Assembly (NCBI RefSeq): GCF_000143415.4 | Contig: NW_003314370.1 | Location: 427,517-491,516 of the forward strand | DNA from: Selaginella moellendorffii | Taxonomy: Eukaryota; Plantae; Lycopodiophyta | Direction: 5' to 3' | DNA length: 64,000 nucleotides | Part shown: one piece after another, positions 1 through 13,228 of the stretch | How the letters are laid out: each line of letters begins with the position of its first letter | Numbering within the stretch: position 1 is the stretch's first letter | Translations under genes and position numbers: made by a program | Notes under the pieces: generated by a model | The model's input: only the letters and a program-made list of their open reading frames with translations | Database searches by the model: none | Told to the model about the DNA's origin: nothing

Positions 1-84
1 ACATTCGAAGATATTATTTGCAGAGTCATCCTGGTGAGCGCTTGTGATACCAAGCACGTACACTGTGTTTACCAAGCGATAAAC

Positions 85-525
85 AACACGGTATCTAACC
101 AAAAAACACAGACAGAGAAGAAGATCAAGATCATGGAAACATCTAAGTTGAGATCAACAGAAAACAAGGAATAGGCAATGCGTCATCTAAAAGTCCAGAA
201 AGCATTCAAGCAGATCACAAAAATCCAAAGAAACATTCAATGAAGTAAATGAGATCGCAAAAATCGAACCAAAAGCAATTTCAAGTGAAGAACTTAAACA
301 CGGTATCTATACAAAACACACAGAAAGAAAAAGTCATGGAAACATATAAGTTGACATCAAAAGAAAACAAGGAATAGGCAATGCGTCATCTAAAAGTTCA
401 GAAAGCATTCGAGAAAATAAATCGAGAGATCACAAAAAACGTCAAGGAAATAAGTCGAGAGATCACAAAAACATTCAAGGAAAGATCACGAAAGTCGAAC
501 CACAACCAATTCAAAGTGAAGAACT
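85..525. repeat. Imperfect direct tandem duplication (about 210-230 bp units)
   Basis: The blocks aacacggtatcta, tcatggaaacat, aaaacaaggaataggcaatgcgtcatctaaaagt and ttcaagtgaagaact recur in order at about 85-295 and about 297-525. Confidence 0.85.
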
Positions 526-991
526 CACTTGTTTTCCTTTCCAACAACAACTTGACCGCTTGCAGCAGCTAGAGCATCGTCCCCTAGCCTGACAAGAGAA
601 AGAAAACGAAGAGTATAAGAAAATGTAGCATCTCTAGTCTAGATCTAGAACTCACCCGGTCCCAACAACATCCACAGAGATTTGTTTGCCCGCCGCGAAG
701 GCGATTCGAGTGCTGCGAAAGCTTGACGAAACATCCGCGGCTCTGGCAGGAGGGAACCATTCGCGGCTGCAATACCAAGAGATTATCAATCCCCCCCATC
801 GATCGCGCGCCGGATCTAATCTATCCGATGGAAGATCACTTACGTCTGGAGGAGAACATCGGGTCCTTTGACGGGCTGGAGCGCCAGTGCCAGGCACGCC
901 ATAGACGGAGAAAAAGAACAAGCGTTAAAGCCCTAAGAATATTCGCGGGGTACATTAGGGTTCTTGGGAGGCGAGGTTATTTCCTTTCCCA

Positions 992-2024
992 ATGGTGGAG
1001 GTCGAGAAGGCGCCGATGGCGATGCCGGTGGATGCGAGCGAGCGCGAGGAGGGGGAAATCGTGGCGTCCCCCAAATCCATCGTCAAGGAGAAGCATCCGC
1101 TGGAGCACTCGTGGACGTTTTGGTTCGATAACCCTAGCGGTAAGAACAAGCAGCAGCAGTGGGGAAGCTCATTGCGGCCGGTCTACACCGTGAGCACTGT
1201 CGAGGATTTCTGGTGGTAAGCCCCTCGATCCATGCCCCTTGCTTTCGATTCTGGGATCTAAGATACAAATGCGCCTCTATTTCTTTGCAGTCTCTACAAT
1301 AATCTCGTGCAGCCGGGTCGATTGATCAGTGGGGCGGACTTTCACTGCTTCAAGGAGGGAATCAAGCCCGAGTGGGAAGATCCGAGGTGTGCGAATGGGG
1401 GGAAATGGACTGCTGCTCCACCGCGAGGTAGCAAGCAAGCGCTGGATCAGTTCTGGCTAAACACTGTGAGTATAAGAGAGATTTCTCTCGTCTTTCATCG
1501 TGGCTTTTCTGCTTACATTCTTGTTCTTCCAGCTGCTCGCTTTGATCGGTGAGCAATTCGATGAGGCTGATGAGATCTGTGGCGTGGTGGTGAGCGTGAG
1601 GCCGAGAGGAGATAAGCTCTCCTTATGGACCAAGACGGCTAACAACGAAGCCGCTCAGGTAAAGAGATCTTCTCTTTCCTTCTCTTCGTTTTGGTTGAGT
1701 TCTCTAGCATGTTTCTTCTTGTTCTAGCTTTGCTTTTTTCCTTTAGCAAGCTTTGAATGGTTCTTTCATAAGATTTGTTTTCTATTAGTTTTTGCCTTGT
1801 CCTTGCCCGAGCTCTGAAAAGTTTCCTTGTTTTGGGCGATTCCAGATGAGCATTGGAAGGCAATGGAAGGAGTTTCTCGAGTACCAGGACAGGATCAACT
1901 TCATGTTTCACGTAAGAATCTCTTTATTCTCATTCTGCCCAATCGCTTTAACTTTTGGTCCTACTTTTTCCAGGAGGATGCAAAGCGTGGTGATTCGAAG
2001 GCGAGAAATCGCTACTCTGTATGA
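992..2024 (+). CDS. eIF4E: Eukaryotic translation initiation factor 4E (cap-binding), 5 exons: 992-1215, 1291-1465, 1533-1658, 1846-1911, 1974-2024
   Basis: [83 protein letters not shown] and ARNRYSV join in frame across canonical GT-AG introns. Confidence 0.96.
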
Positions 2025-2172
2025 TAACCTTCTAAGCTCAATTTTGCTGGATCGCATTTTAAAAGGATGGATGTTTCAATGGCTTTTTGTAACCGTGTTA
2101 CAAAATAAAGCTATAAGGGGAAAAAGAAGATTCTCTCGTTCTAGTGGTTTAGGGTTTATATTTATTCTCTCA

Positions 2173-4799
2173 ATGGCGTCGAGCCAGGGATGGCGCCTGT
2201 CTCTGGCGGCCAAGCGCGCGAAGAAGAGAACGCGGTGCTTGGATCAAGATTGCTGCCGCCACAGTAATCTCCGCTGCGAGCACTGGCGCGAGCTCAAGAG
2301 CTACGCCGTGGAGCTCTGTTCTTGCGATTCCTCCCAGGTAATACTTCTTTCTTCCCTTGCGGCACTCGCAGCGCTCCTGGATTTCCAGTCCCTGCTGCCA
2401 GCTTCCTCACTGATATGAAATGCTGGCAGTCCCTCTGTGTCGCAGGGCGATCGCGTCAAGACCCTCAAATCTCTCGCGGCGCTGCTCCTCTGCCTCGCCG
2501 CCGCGGACGATCCGGCCAATGCAGATGGAGATTACGCGCTATCGGTGGCCGTGGGCGAGGCAATGGTGACCATCGCTCACGACGACGTGGTCCGGCTCTA
2601 CAAAGTCTTGTTCCAGGAGCTTGCGAAGATTAGCAGCTATTTGCTCACGAACTTCTGGTATGTCCCGGAGATGGTACCTTGTTCCAGTGAGGCGGCGCTC
2701 CACTTCGAGGCGCTTGCTCAAACGCTGTGCTGCTGCATCCGGATCATTCCCATCGTGGATATGTTCAACACCAGCATGAGTCACACTGCCGCATCGACTG
2801 TCCACGATATGCTCCACCATCTTTGCTCGCCGTCGAAGTTCTTCCCTCTTGGCTCGCCTTACACCGTGAAAGAACATCAAGACGTCGTCTTGAGGAGCGC
2901 CCTGCTAGAAGTATGCAAAAGATCTCTCCTTTTTCCCTTTATTGACATCTTTGTTTTGTAGGTGTTCTTGGATGAGATCTTACTCCACCGGGCTCTGACA
3001 TTCCCAGAAGGCGAAGAATTCTCTTACCGTGCGTCGATCGAAGCTGCATTCGCGCATATGTTACACTTTCAATTTCTGCAAGACCGACCGTTCCAACAGT
3101 CCAAGCTTAGTCTTCCTGCGGGTGTTCTTCTGCTCGACATGTCCACTAACAACCAAGTTCCTAGCGACTTACTGACGCACATCATATCGCTCGTGACCGG
3201 AGCATTGGTCCCAGGTGACTTGGGTACGAGTTGCGACGCTGGGAGCTTCGCTGCGATCCAGGCCCAGAATTATATTCCACACTTTCAGCTGGACGACGAG
3301 TTGCCGCATGGAGTAGCTATTGGATTGGCATCTTCGGTGGTAGAAACAGCAATGGGGTTACTGTCAAAGTATTACTCAGCATTTGCAGCACGGGACAGAG
3401 ATGGTTTCGAGAGGGGGACACAAGCACTAAGTTATGTTGGGGGATATAACAGTGACCAAGGCGAGTATTCCTCTACGTTGGCTGCTCTACTCCGGGCGAT
3501 GGCTTGTGCAATAAATCGGCTTGTTAGAGAGGTCTGTACTATCAAGTGCCAGGACAGGGATGGGGAGTTGATTGGTGTTCGGGACCTTGCCATTCAAAGA
3601 ACTTTCGAGACGGTTGCTACTGCCATCAGGTTTAATATGCCTTCCACAAAGTTTATGCACGCTATTGGCTGTTTCAATCTGAACATGGTCGAGGCTTTGA
3701 CATCAGAAAACGCAAGAGGAACCATAGGATGGACGCTTGTTATATTTGCTCACATATTTTCCTACGAGTCACTGAGGGGACTGGATGAAGCTGTGGCCGT
3801 CGAATACGTTCGCGTTTTGGACTCTCTCCTGGCCTTGTTACTACTCGAGAGTAGACCCGATAACGGCGTCATGGACGATGAGGTGCCCGCTTCTACAAAC
3901 TTTTTCCTGCGTGAGATGATTAAGTCGCTTCATCAAACAGCCTGGGACATGTGTTCCCGTAAGGTAACTTGTGTGATTCCAACGGCTCACTTCTCTTAGC
4001 TTTTCGTTTCTGTTGGCATGCAGAAGTCCGCGACGAAGCTCTTGTCCTTTATATCAAAAGTCACTCCAATTGGTAGGAAGGATTTGCCAACAATTGAAGC
4101 TGTCGACTGGCTGTCGCCTGGCATCAGCTTCGACGCCGGGAAGGATTTGCCAACTATTGAAACTGTGACACCTGACATCAGCGTACATGAAACAATCCAA
4201 GAGGTCGTTCAAGAGGTTGTGCAAGAGGTCATCGTGGAGGAAGCATCAGATTCGACGACTCCTTTGAAACCCAGGCCATCGACATTGATCATAGCCAAGC
4301 GGTTCAAGCTAAAGAAGCTCCGCGTGGAACAACTTACTGATACACCTGTGGAGAGGACAAGCGCACCAGACGACACACCTGTGGAGAGGTAAGTCTTTCT
4401 GTTTGTCCGTCTTTTGAGCTTATGGCTGTTTTCAGCAAAACGAAGAAAAGGAGAAGACGTGGCGCAGGAATGAAGAACTGGAGTGCAGAAGCGTGCATTA
4501 GCAAGAGAACGCGTAGCGCCACCAAGAGCAAGAGCCCCGCGGCAACAGTCAGCAGTAGCAACAAGAACCGCCACGTTGAGAATCCTTTCGTCGCAGAGAT
4601 GCTGACCAGGGAGACGTACGAAGAGTCTTTCGCCGACTTGAACGATTTCATCGTCTGCAAGAAGGGCCGCAACTACACAAGGTTCCTCAACGCCCGGATC
4701 AAATACAGGCGCAAAAGCCACACTCGAATGATTTGGAAGCGGCGGGACGAAAGGCAAAGCCTGATGAAGCTGCTCGAGCTGTGCGGCGAAAGGCCGTGA
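2173..4799 (+). CDS. Uncharacterised protein (helical N-terminal part, basic low-complexity tail), predicted exons 2173-2337, 2446-2910, 2962-3963, 4000-4388, 4436-4799
   Basis: Consecutive long ORFs join in frame at GT-AG sites. A telo-box (tagggttt) lies just upstream of the ATG. The C-terminal NPFVAEML...SFADLNDFIVCKKGRNY looks conserved, but I do not recognise the family. Confidence 0.7.
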
Positions 4800-4897
4800 G
4801 CATCAAACAGGTTCTTTTCTTTTCTTTTCCTCTCATCTCAAAACAAGTCTTTCTCAATCTTTCTTTTCAGCTCCAGATGTACACTCTTCTCCCAAAA

Positions 4898-5305
4898 CTA
4901 GCTGGTACCTGTGAACTGCTTAACTCTATCGACAACGCCGCGAACAGCACTCCTGGTCGCGTCCATCCAACTTGCTCCGCCTCCACTGGTGTTCTTTCCT
5001 CTCCCGGGAGTGGCCGCATCCTTGTCAACCTCGGTGTCCTCCATGACAAAGGTATCGGCCCGCATCTCCTCGCCTATAGGATCACTAGCGGCTGCCTCTG
5101 ACGTCTTGGGCGCCCCTGTTACAGCATTGGCACCGTCTCGACCGCTCGCAAAGTTCCTGAAGCTCCACCTCCTGGAACCTCGCAAGGAAGTAAAACCAGT
5201 CTTTCCCATCATCTCCAAGTGAGACCCTGCCTCCCTAGTGAAGAGCACGCGAAGGAGAGGTAATAAACTTGACCAATCCTCGTTTTCTTGTCTCAAGGTT
5301 TCCAT
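4898..5305 (-). CDS. Small hypothetical hydrophilic protein (possibly organelle-targeted)
   Basis: 135-aa ATG ORF with coding-like composition and an R/S-rich segment (MMGKTGFTSLRGSRRWSFRNFAS). No recognised domain. Confidence 0.35.
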   Translation of the reverse strand: METLRQENEDWSSLLPLLRVLFTREAGSHLEMMGKTGFTSLRGSRRWSFRNFASGRDGANAVTGAPKTSEAAASDPIGEEMRADTFVMEDTEVDKDAATPGRGKNTSGGGASWMDATRSAVRGVVDRVKQFTGTS

Positions 5306-5362
5306 GCAGTGCCACTTGGAGAGCTATGTGGCAGCACCAGGTAGAGCGAGAGAGGTATTTCT

Positions 5363-6976
5363 TTAAATGCAGCAAGGTTGGCCGTCGTGGAACTCGTAAG
5401 ATGGTATGACACAGCTCGTCGCAAGGTTGCTCCAGTGAGCTTCGTAAGAATCGAAGTTGAGGCCTGTAGGACGGATTAGATTGGATGGAGGTTTTTGGTT
5501 GTAACTTTTGAGTGATTCGATTGAAGGATATCTCTCACTCACCCAGGCTCCACAGGAATAACTCGATGGCTCGATTGTCATCCTCGACGCTACCGCTGTT
5601 TCCGCTCGGGGCTGTGCCAGCGATCTCGGCTAGACGACCTTCTTTATACCTGTGAGAGATTTCTCTTCCGGTTTAGATCGTAGGAACAAACTTAACTTAC
5701 AGTTTGTTGAGCCAAGCTCGTTTTTTCTTGCGTGATTCTTGGGCTTTGTGTTCTCGTCTTGCGGTCACGGATGGATAAAAGATCTTCCTGTGGCAGTCAA
5801 GCAACGAGATTTGTACGGAACGAGAACTTGCTTGAGAACTTTACATCTTGTCATGGATAAGCTCGTCCGCGTTGTGCATCCACGCAGTGTCGCAAACCAG
5901 CCTCCATCCATTGTTCTCGCAACGCACGTATTCCTCTGTAATGCACAACTTGAGAGAAAAAATAAAGGTCTGGATATATATTTTGTTTCTACCTGTGGTT
6001 TGCTTCACGGGCTGTTGAAAACACCGTCGAGGATCGCGACCGCGCGTGAGAGGCCGGCGTAGCGACACGGAGTATTTTCGGGGGCTAAACGATCCCATGT
6101 CCACCACGGGCCTGTGTGTGTAAAGTTTGTAGAGAAGCTGGAGAACAAAAAAAACAAGGAGAAAGATTTAGCGAACTTGGTGGATCGATCGAGAGTCGAT
6201 TGATAGAGAGAAAAAAGTGAAAACAAAAATTCTTTAGTTTCTCACCAAAGCTCACCAAAGGAGGAAACGTGATTCCACCGAGCCTAAAACGAATGTGTAG
6301 GCCGGTTGCCGAGTCTGCTAGCGCTGCCTGGTTTTGTAAGAAAGTGAAAACGCTAGAAATTTCAGAAACCAAAAGCAAGAACTTTTCTTTTTTTCCTTAC
6401 TTCTGATGGATTGATTCTCCGAAGAAGCAGGCTTGGATGGAGCTTTTCAGTGTTAGTGATGAGGTCTTTGTAGTATCTAAAAACCTTCCTGTTCTGTAAG
6501 GAGAGAAAACAAGACTTCAAAACTAATAGAAGAAAAACTCACCGCGTAAGAATGCCAGCAGCGTTGGATCCTCCACGCAGCAGCGTGCAGTGAATTTCTA
6601 GATCGGCCCCGTTTCCTTCGTATTCTCCTGGCATTTCGGTGCTTCCTCCAGGCCGCTTGCAGCAAACGCGCAGCTTCTTTCTGCCAAAACAAAACAACAC
6701 AAAACAAAACAAAAAAGGGAGAGAGAAAAAGCTGAAATACCGAAAGGGAAACGAAGGAAATCTCAAGAGAGCGGAGAAAGGAGAAACCATGGCAGCGAAT
6801 TCTCTAGCGCAGGCCCTAGATTTCCACCATCCCTGGATCTTGGTCACATTCCACGCCAGGAAGAGATCGCTCTCCTTCGTGGAGCACAGGAAATCCACCG
6901 GCGTGACGCTCACATCCGGCGTTTCCCTGAAATACCTCCGCTGCTCGCCGCCATCCCCTCGCGCCGGGATCCCCAT
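5363..6976 (-). CDS. IQ-motif protein, MFI/C11orf65-like; predicted exons 6976-6788, 6680-6543, 6493-6401, 6327-6256, 6137-5993, 5935-5845, 5787-5701, 5649-5543, 5463-5363
   Basis: IQ motifs (TKIQGWWK, RLLQAAWRKH, WRIQRCWHSY) are followed by NRKVFRYYKDLI...LLRRINPSEAALADSATGLHIRFRLGGITFPPL-LYKLYTHRPVVD, RCENNGWR, KKRAWLNKLY and LNFDSYEAHWSNLATS. These resemble animal C11orf65/MFI as I recall it. All junctions are GT-AG and in phase. Confidence 0.8.
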
Positions 6977-7199
6977 GATATGTCTGAGAACCCTAGTAAC
7001 GTTCAAATGTAATGTTTCAAATTTAAATTTAATTTAGAATTAAGAAACAATCACATGAACTTAATCAAGATTCTGGAATCTTGCCTACTTGAGAATGAGA
7101 ATATACTTTCTTGATAAGCCATTCCAACTCGGTTGTTTGCTATAATTGCTATTTCTTTTATAAATTGGGTCAGTATTAGCTTATCATCCTCGCTATCCG

Positions 7200-8420
7200 A
7201 TGATCAGCAGGAATTCCTTCTGATGTGCTATGTCTTTGTGAGACGTACACTATTCTGCTTGGACACCAAAGGCCGACTCTGCTGCTCCGGGCTCTCACGG
7301 AGTTGCTATCTACTACAAGGAGACCATCTCTACAGTTGAGCTATTATACAAGCTGCTCTAGCAGGGCTGAAAGGCTCCCAACATGCATCAGATCTAGTGC
7401 TCCTGTTGGCTATGGGCTTCATTTCATGCGTAGCCGTAATCGTCTTTTGGCAACGGACGTTAAAGAAAAGCATACGGCTGACTCTTCGCAATCTACATTG
7501 ACGCACTAGAGTCCATGATCCAGGGCAAAACACTCACGCCATATCAACTCTCGGGAATGTATTTATATGCACTACTTTACGTAAATGATATACTCTGTTT
7601 GGCTCCTCAGCTCGCCAAATGCAGCTTACCTCAATGCACTCAGCGAATTCTGTGAGGCCACATGCATGGAAGTCAATGGTGTTGGGCCAGGGTATTGCTC
7701 CTACCGTGGGATGGCACTTCAGGAAGTAGACCATTACAAGTACCTCAGATATGTTATCCACAAGAACAATCCATGATGGAGATCATAAACTGCATTACGG
7801 TACTTCGCATTCCACTCAGATTGTTCCAATGCACTTGTCACACACTGAAGTGCCAAGCGGCAATTTTTCATAGCCGAACTCTCCACGGTCATCTTGTCTA
7901 GGAATGATGGATGCTTTCTGGGATCAAGTGGAGGAGCTCCAATACCACTTCATCCGCATGGAGCTTCATATAGGAGATGAGTCATATCCTATCATCTGCT
8001 CGAGTCTGAATTATGGCCCTTGGAGCTCCTTGTGTGGAAACGGATGATCAATTATGTGAAGACCCAGTGGCGGCTCAGCAACCTGCAAACGAAGCTCTCA
8101 GTGATCTGAGCTCAAGAAATGGACAGCAAAGCTTGGCCCTGATCTCGAGGAGGTGCTCAAGAGTCCAATAAGACGATTATAGCTGGTGGATGGCATAGGC
8201 TTTTGAGCAATGGCTGCCAGCAAGAACAGTGGGAGCCATCAAGTATGCTATCTACCAGACAACAATCAATGCTATAGGCATGGATCCCCATGGCTATCAT
8301 CATGCCCCGCCCTCCGTTCCCTCCCTCACTGTGAAGAAGAAGGGAGGGGGCCCATCTTCACTCTTGTCCAGCATGTACTCTTCATCTTAGCACAACCATT
8401 AGTTTGTTACTGTTGAATTT
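7200..8420 (+). mobile_element. Decayed non-LTR retrotransposon (LINE) reverse transcriptase fragment
   Basis: The frame around 7483-7610 reads LFAIYIDALESMIQG...LYALLYVNDILCL, with YADD degenerated to YVND at 7578-7589. After a frameshift comes LNALSEFCEATCMEVN...EVDHYKYL, a typical LINE RT thumb region. Multiple stops and frameshifts. Confidence 0.75.
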
Positions 8421-10799
8421 AGTGTAATTCCAAAGTGAGTCTTGGCTTAAGCATTTATAAAATCCAAAATATTTGCTACTAGTTTGTAATTAATATTTAG
8501 TAAGCCAACTTGTCTTTTCTCTTTCTCTCGCCTAATATTCTCATTCACACTCACATAGTCACGAAGTGCTACATACCATCCAAAGAAAACATCATATTTG
8601 CAAACTAAATCAATGGGAAGCTAGGGGTGAGGCTACAGAACCTTTTGTTATTGGTGTCATCACTCATATGGAGTCAAAAACTAAAAACTAACTCGAAAAA
8701 TGAGAAACAAAATCGTGATCAAAGCCTCTGGGCACTAGACTAGTGCAATAGAATCAAGCAAGAAAGAGAGTGAGGATGCCATCTCCAAATCAGTGTGTTG
8801 CTTTGCCTTTTGCAATAAGCTTCACAACCCCACCTATGTGAGCCCTAGAAAGAGACTTTTTTTTTATCAGATCTTTACATTGAGTTGTGAAAAGTTTTTA
8901 CCTTGCTTGAATGATTTGAATATTACATTTTTCTCCTGGGAATTGGTCTTTTTCAATTGCTTTCAAAACATAATGTTGTTGATTGAAACCATGGTAGTGA
9001 ACCCATGATGCATTATTTATAAAAATACTACTAGTAAATGATAAATATGGGATGAGAGTATGACATTGTATCCTACTATCTAAGATTCTTAATTTTTAAT
9101 AATAAAATTAAACTCCAAAACAATTATTTTGTTATAATGTTTTATTTTAATCTATTTGACTCTTATAAAAACAAAGATAAAAATTAAATATTTTATATAT
9201 CATAAATAGAAAATTATGCTATATACATAAACCTTTTCTTTAGCTTTTGAAATTAAAATCAATTACAATTATGAAATCTATAATAGGATATATGTTCTTT
9301 TAATACTACAAATTGATTTACAATATATAGTAGTAACTGATACAAGATGTGATGAAATCAAAACAATATAAAAAAAATAGTTTTATGGGAATAATAACTT
9401 ATTAATATTTTTTAAAAATTAAAAGTTTCATATGCTGTGATCTCAGCTCAATAAGCCCATAGTGCATCAAAATCTTTGTCTGAGCCTTGCTTAATATCGA
9501 TTAATGCCATTAAAAATATCAGGCTATGATCAGTGCTTTAATATTTAATTTATTTGCATTGATTATTCTAAAGAAATAAGTGTAAAAAATGTTGAACCCA
9601 TATTATTTTTAAAAATATAACCATATTTCCATGATAATGGTTTTGAAATTGGAGCATATTAATTAATAAATAAAAAATAAATTCTAAAATACAATTCTAT
9701 TTTAAAATGAATAAAAATAAGCCATAGAATATTAAAATTTTCAAGTTTAAGTTTTAAAGTTTTTGTTTTATTAATTATGAGTATATGATTCTGATGAGTT
9801 TTAGTTAAAAAATTTGTTAATATAAAATGTTAAAATTATTCGTTTTATTTAAATTTCTACAATAATACCAATTAAAAATATTTTTCATATGACCTTTTAG
9901 GTGGATTCCATATTTTATTTTTAATACTTATGCATTTTAAAAATTGCATATCCAAATGTATAATACTCTATATTTTCAACTTTCTCATAATTATTATTAC
10001 TATCTTGTATACAAGCATAAACTACACTTGATTTTTCCATAAAAGGTACATTATTAATTATCAATTAATATAAAAATTATGTTTGACAAAAGAAATTGTT
10101 TTAAATTTAAATGAAAGCCATTTTCTATCTTTTAGAATAATTGAATCTATTTCATCATCATTTAAATCATAAGATGCACTAATAGAGTTACCCATTCTAT
10201 TAATTAAATAAATTTATATTTTTAAAAATTATAAATAATAATATAAAACAAGTTTAGCTTAAATTTTAAGTAGATTATAAAAATTTATAATATTAAAAAT
10301 TAATCTATAAAGAAAATAGATTTTTATAGTTACCGTAAAAATTTAAAGAGTAATATTTCATATATAATTACAAAATATAAAGGCTATTATAAAGTTTGAA
10401 ATTTTAAACTATTTTTTTTAAAATTATTTTCTATACATTAGGACTTTTCTAAAGAGAAAAGATTTATGTTAAAAATGTAATTGTTTTATGTGTTGCATAT
10501 TTAATAAACTATTTATACATAGAAACCATTACTTTTTTTGTCTAAACTATTTCTTTTTCAAATTATCGTATATATAAGAAAATAAATCTGAGGAAAGAAA
10601 TATTAAATATATTAAATGCTTTTATTTGGATTTATATGTTCGTTAATAGTTATGCTAAGAGTTTAATATAAATATACATCTAATCATATTCTAGATGCTT
10701 TGCTATTAAAATCAAATTTTATTAATATAAACTATTATTTAAATTTATAGTATTGAATATTTAACCTCTTAGTTAAATAATACCTACAACTTAGAAGAA

Positions 10800-12200
10800 T
10801 AAGTTTACCTTTATATTAAGCCACAAGTAAAAAGGTGTCATAGATTCTTATATTGTCATTGGCAGTCCTTTATAGCATTTCTATAAACAACCTTTTATAT
10901 TATGGCCATTGCACATAAAGAGATGTAATGGCAATACAAAAAGAATTTATGGAAAGAATAATAATTCTTAAGAAAATATTTATACTCAAGCTTTCAAAAC
11001 TAGCTATAAATCTAAAATTTATATGTCAAACATGTTTATCATAACTTAATGTTAAACTGGGCCCATGAACTTTTTTTACCAATGCAAAATAGAATTTTAT
11101 GCTTGCCTCTCGAGGCTAATAACACCTAATGCCATTGTTTCTTGAATAGGAAGTATATTTAATATTATTTGTAGATCAATAAAAACTTAATTAACTATCA
11201 TATAATTATTATATTGCATTGATTGAACATTTGTAAGGCAAAGTAGACAGACTATAATTATAATGGATTTCCACTATGCTCTTGGTTTGATTTCACACTA
11301 GGAAGAGATCACTCTTCTTTGAAAATCCATTTGGCATAATATTTAAAATTCCTCAAAACACTCCATTTCAAATTTTCAAATGTGCTTGAAATATTTTATT
11401 AGCGGAAACCAAAATATCATTGTTCCTTGCAAATTAATGTGAAACTTAGAGATAATCTTTTGTAGAGCATCCATTTTCCTAAGCTACCACGTGCTCTAGA
11501 ATGAATAATAATTTATCACCCATGGTCACAAACGGTGTTAGCATCATTGGTTGGTTTGGGAGTGGGCTATAATGTACCTTAAGTTTAGAGATATAAAGAA
11601 CATTGTGAAAGCACAACTTTGGCAGAAAATAAAACTTATATACCACATTATTGATGTATTGTTCTATTTTATAAGGCCAAAAGAAATAGAAATGAAGTTT
11701 AGATTTGGAAACTACCTTACTTCCAATGGATGGGGAACAAAAGTTTAATGACAATGTTTCAATTGTTATTTTTATAAGTGTTTGTCACAGCAAACAGCAA
11801 CATAGGAGATGTTAGATCTAAATGAAAAAACATAAGATTTCTTTTATCATCATGAAGGCCAAAAGAGAAATATTTCTTTGAGAGTTTCATCATCCCATGA
11901 AATATTAATGATGACTATTTGGAATTCTGATATATAATTTATTGATGGTGGTGTACTTTCAATAAATATCGTTAAATATGCTATTAAAGGGATAAACAAA
12001 GAAATTTAAAATCCTGAAGAATAAAATCACTCTTTTCAAAGGGGCATAAAACCAGGAAATTAGTGTCTCAGTAAAAAGATATCCAATTGAGGCAACATTA
12101 GAATTTAGAATGGAGCATAGTAATTTAAACCCTAATTTAGTTAAGGAAGCCATGAAACATGGACTGCATATTATCAAATTTTACTGGCATACTAATCTTT
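10800..12200 (+). mobile_element. Highly decayed Helitron/Helentron-type Rep remnant (tentative)
   Basis: AT-rich region. About 11908-11990 reads MMTIWNSDI*FIDGGVLSINIVKYAIK, which resembles the WxANxDIQ...YIAKYxTK Rep motif. About 10810-10880 resembles Helitron_like_N (RF...HWQSFIAF). Confidence 0.3.
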
Positions 12201-12322
12201 GTCTCTAAACCAAGATTTTGCTTGCATGTAAAATTGGATCAAATATAGAATGTATTGTGTCTCTTTTAGATAAAAATATATACATAATATTAAAGTAGTG
12301 TGCTACAATGTAAAATATTAGT

Positions 12323-12800
12323 TACAGTTGGATATATACAGATTTTATGGCAATATAGTGGTTTTTCATCATTACTAACAAACACAACAGCAACATTATT
12401 TATTTATTGTGCATCATAACATTGTGGATTAATTCTTTAGTTCCTTAAGAACATGTAAACACTATGGGATAGTCTGAAAGTGCAGTACGCACAAATTTCT
12501 TCTTGTTCCATTTTATATATCATTTTGAAAGCTTGAGCATGTGGGTTAATATAACAAAGGAGAGCATAAGTTCGTCTCAATTGAAAGGGTTTTGCTTTTT
12601 TAAATCCAGTTATAAAGTTGTTGATAAGTTTGATGTTAACATTAGGATGAATGTTGACATGCAATAGTATGATATATTTTACTATAGATTTCATGATCTC
12701 TGGGCTAATATTTGTTCTTTAATTAAAGTTCTATTTTGCTTATAGAGTGAACGTAAAATGAAACAATAAAGGGAAAATTGAGGTAATATAACTTGCCCAT
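12323..12800 (-). mobile_element. Helitron Rep fragment, diverged copy of about 42503-43090
   Basis: Direct nucleotide similarity (actaacaaacacaacagcaaca, catgtaaacac, tcttcttgttcca, cattttgaaagcttgagcat). Translates as INPHAQAFKMIYKMEQEEI, against VNPYAQAFKMMYEMEQEEI in the large element. Confidence 0.9.
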
Positions 12801-12936
12801 TCTGTTTTACTCCACAAAAACACATGTGAAACCTTCATCCACAAGGAGATTCACTCATGTCATAACAGCTTTAGAACTTGTCTTCACAGGATTCAGAGCT
12901 TTAAGTCTGAATTTCTAAAAGCAAGATACATGGGTG

Positions 12937-13031
12937 CAATTGCTTTGATACAACTACACGAAATACTTACTAAAAGCATAGCAAATGCTTTGATACAACT
13001 AGACAAAATACTTACTAACACCATAGCAAAT
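12937..13031. repeat. About 45-bp tandem duplication
   Basis: tgctttgatacaacta...aaatacttacta...catagcaaat occurs twice. Confidence 0.75.
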
Positions 13032-13228
13032 TTAAATATCTAACAACTTGTGTTACTTAACCAGGAATTATTACTGCTAAACACAGAAAATTATTCCGTT
13101 ACTTAGAACTTAATTAAGACAATAAACAATTTTTTGTATCCTTGGAACCAGCGGACGTCCTGGTGGTCCCGAAATCTACACCCAGAAGGAATAGGATAGA
13201 TTAGAAAACATTTCAATAATTACCAAAC

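Noticed and set aside
1-900. Possible minus-strand 5' UTR exons of a gene running off the left edge
   Set aside because: Splice-like signals are present but no identifiable coding sequence lies in the window.
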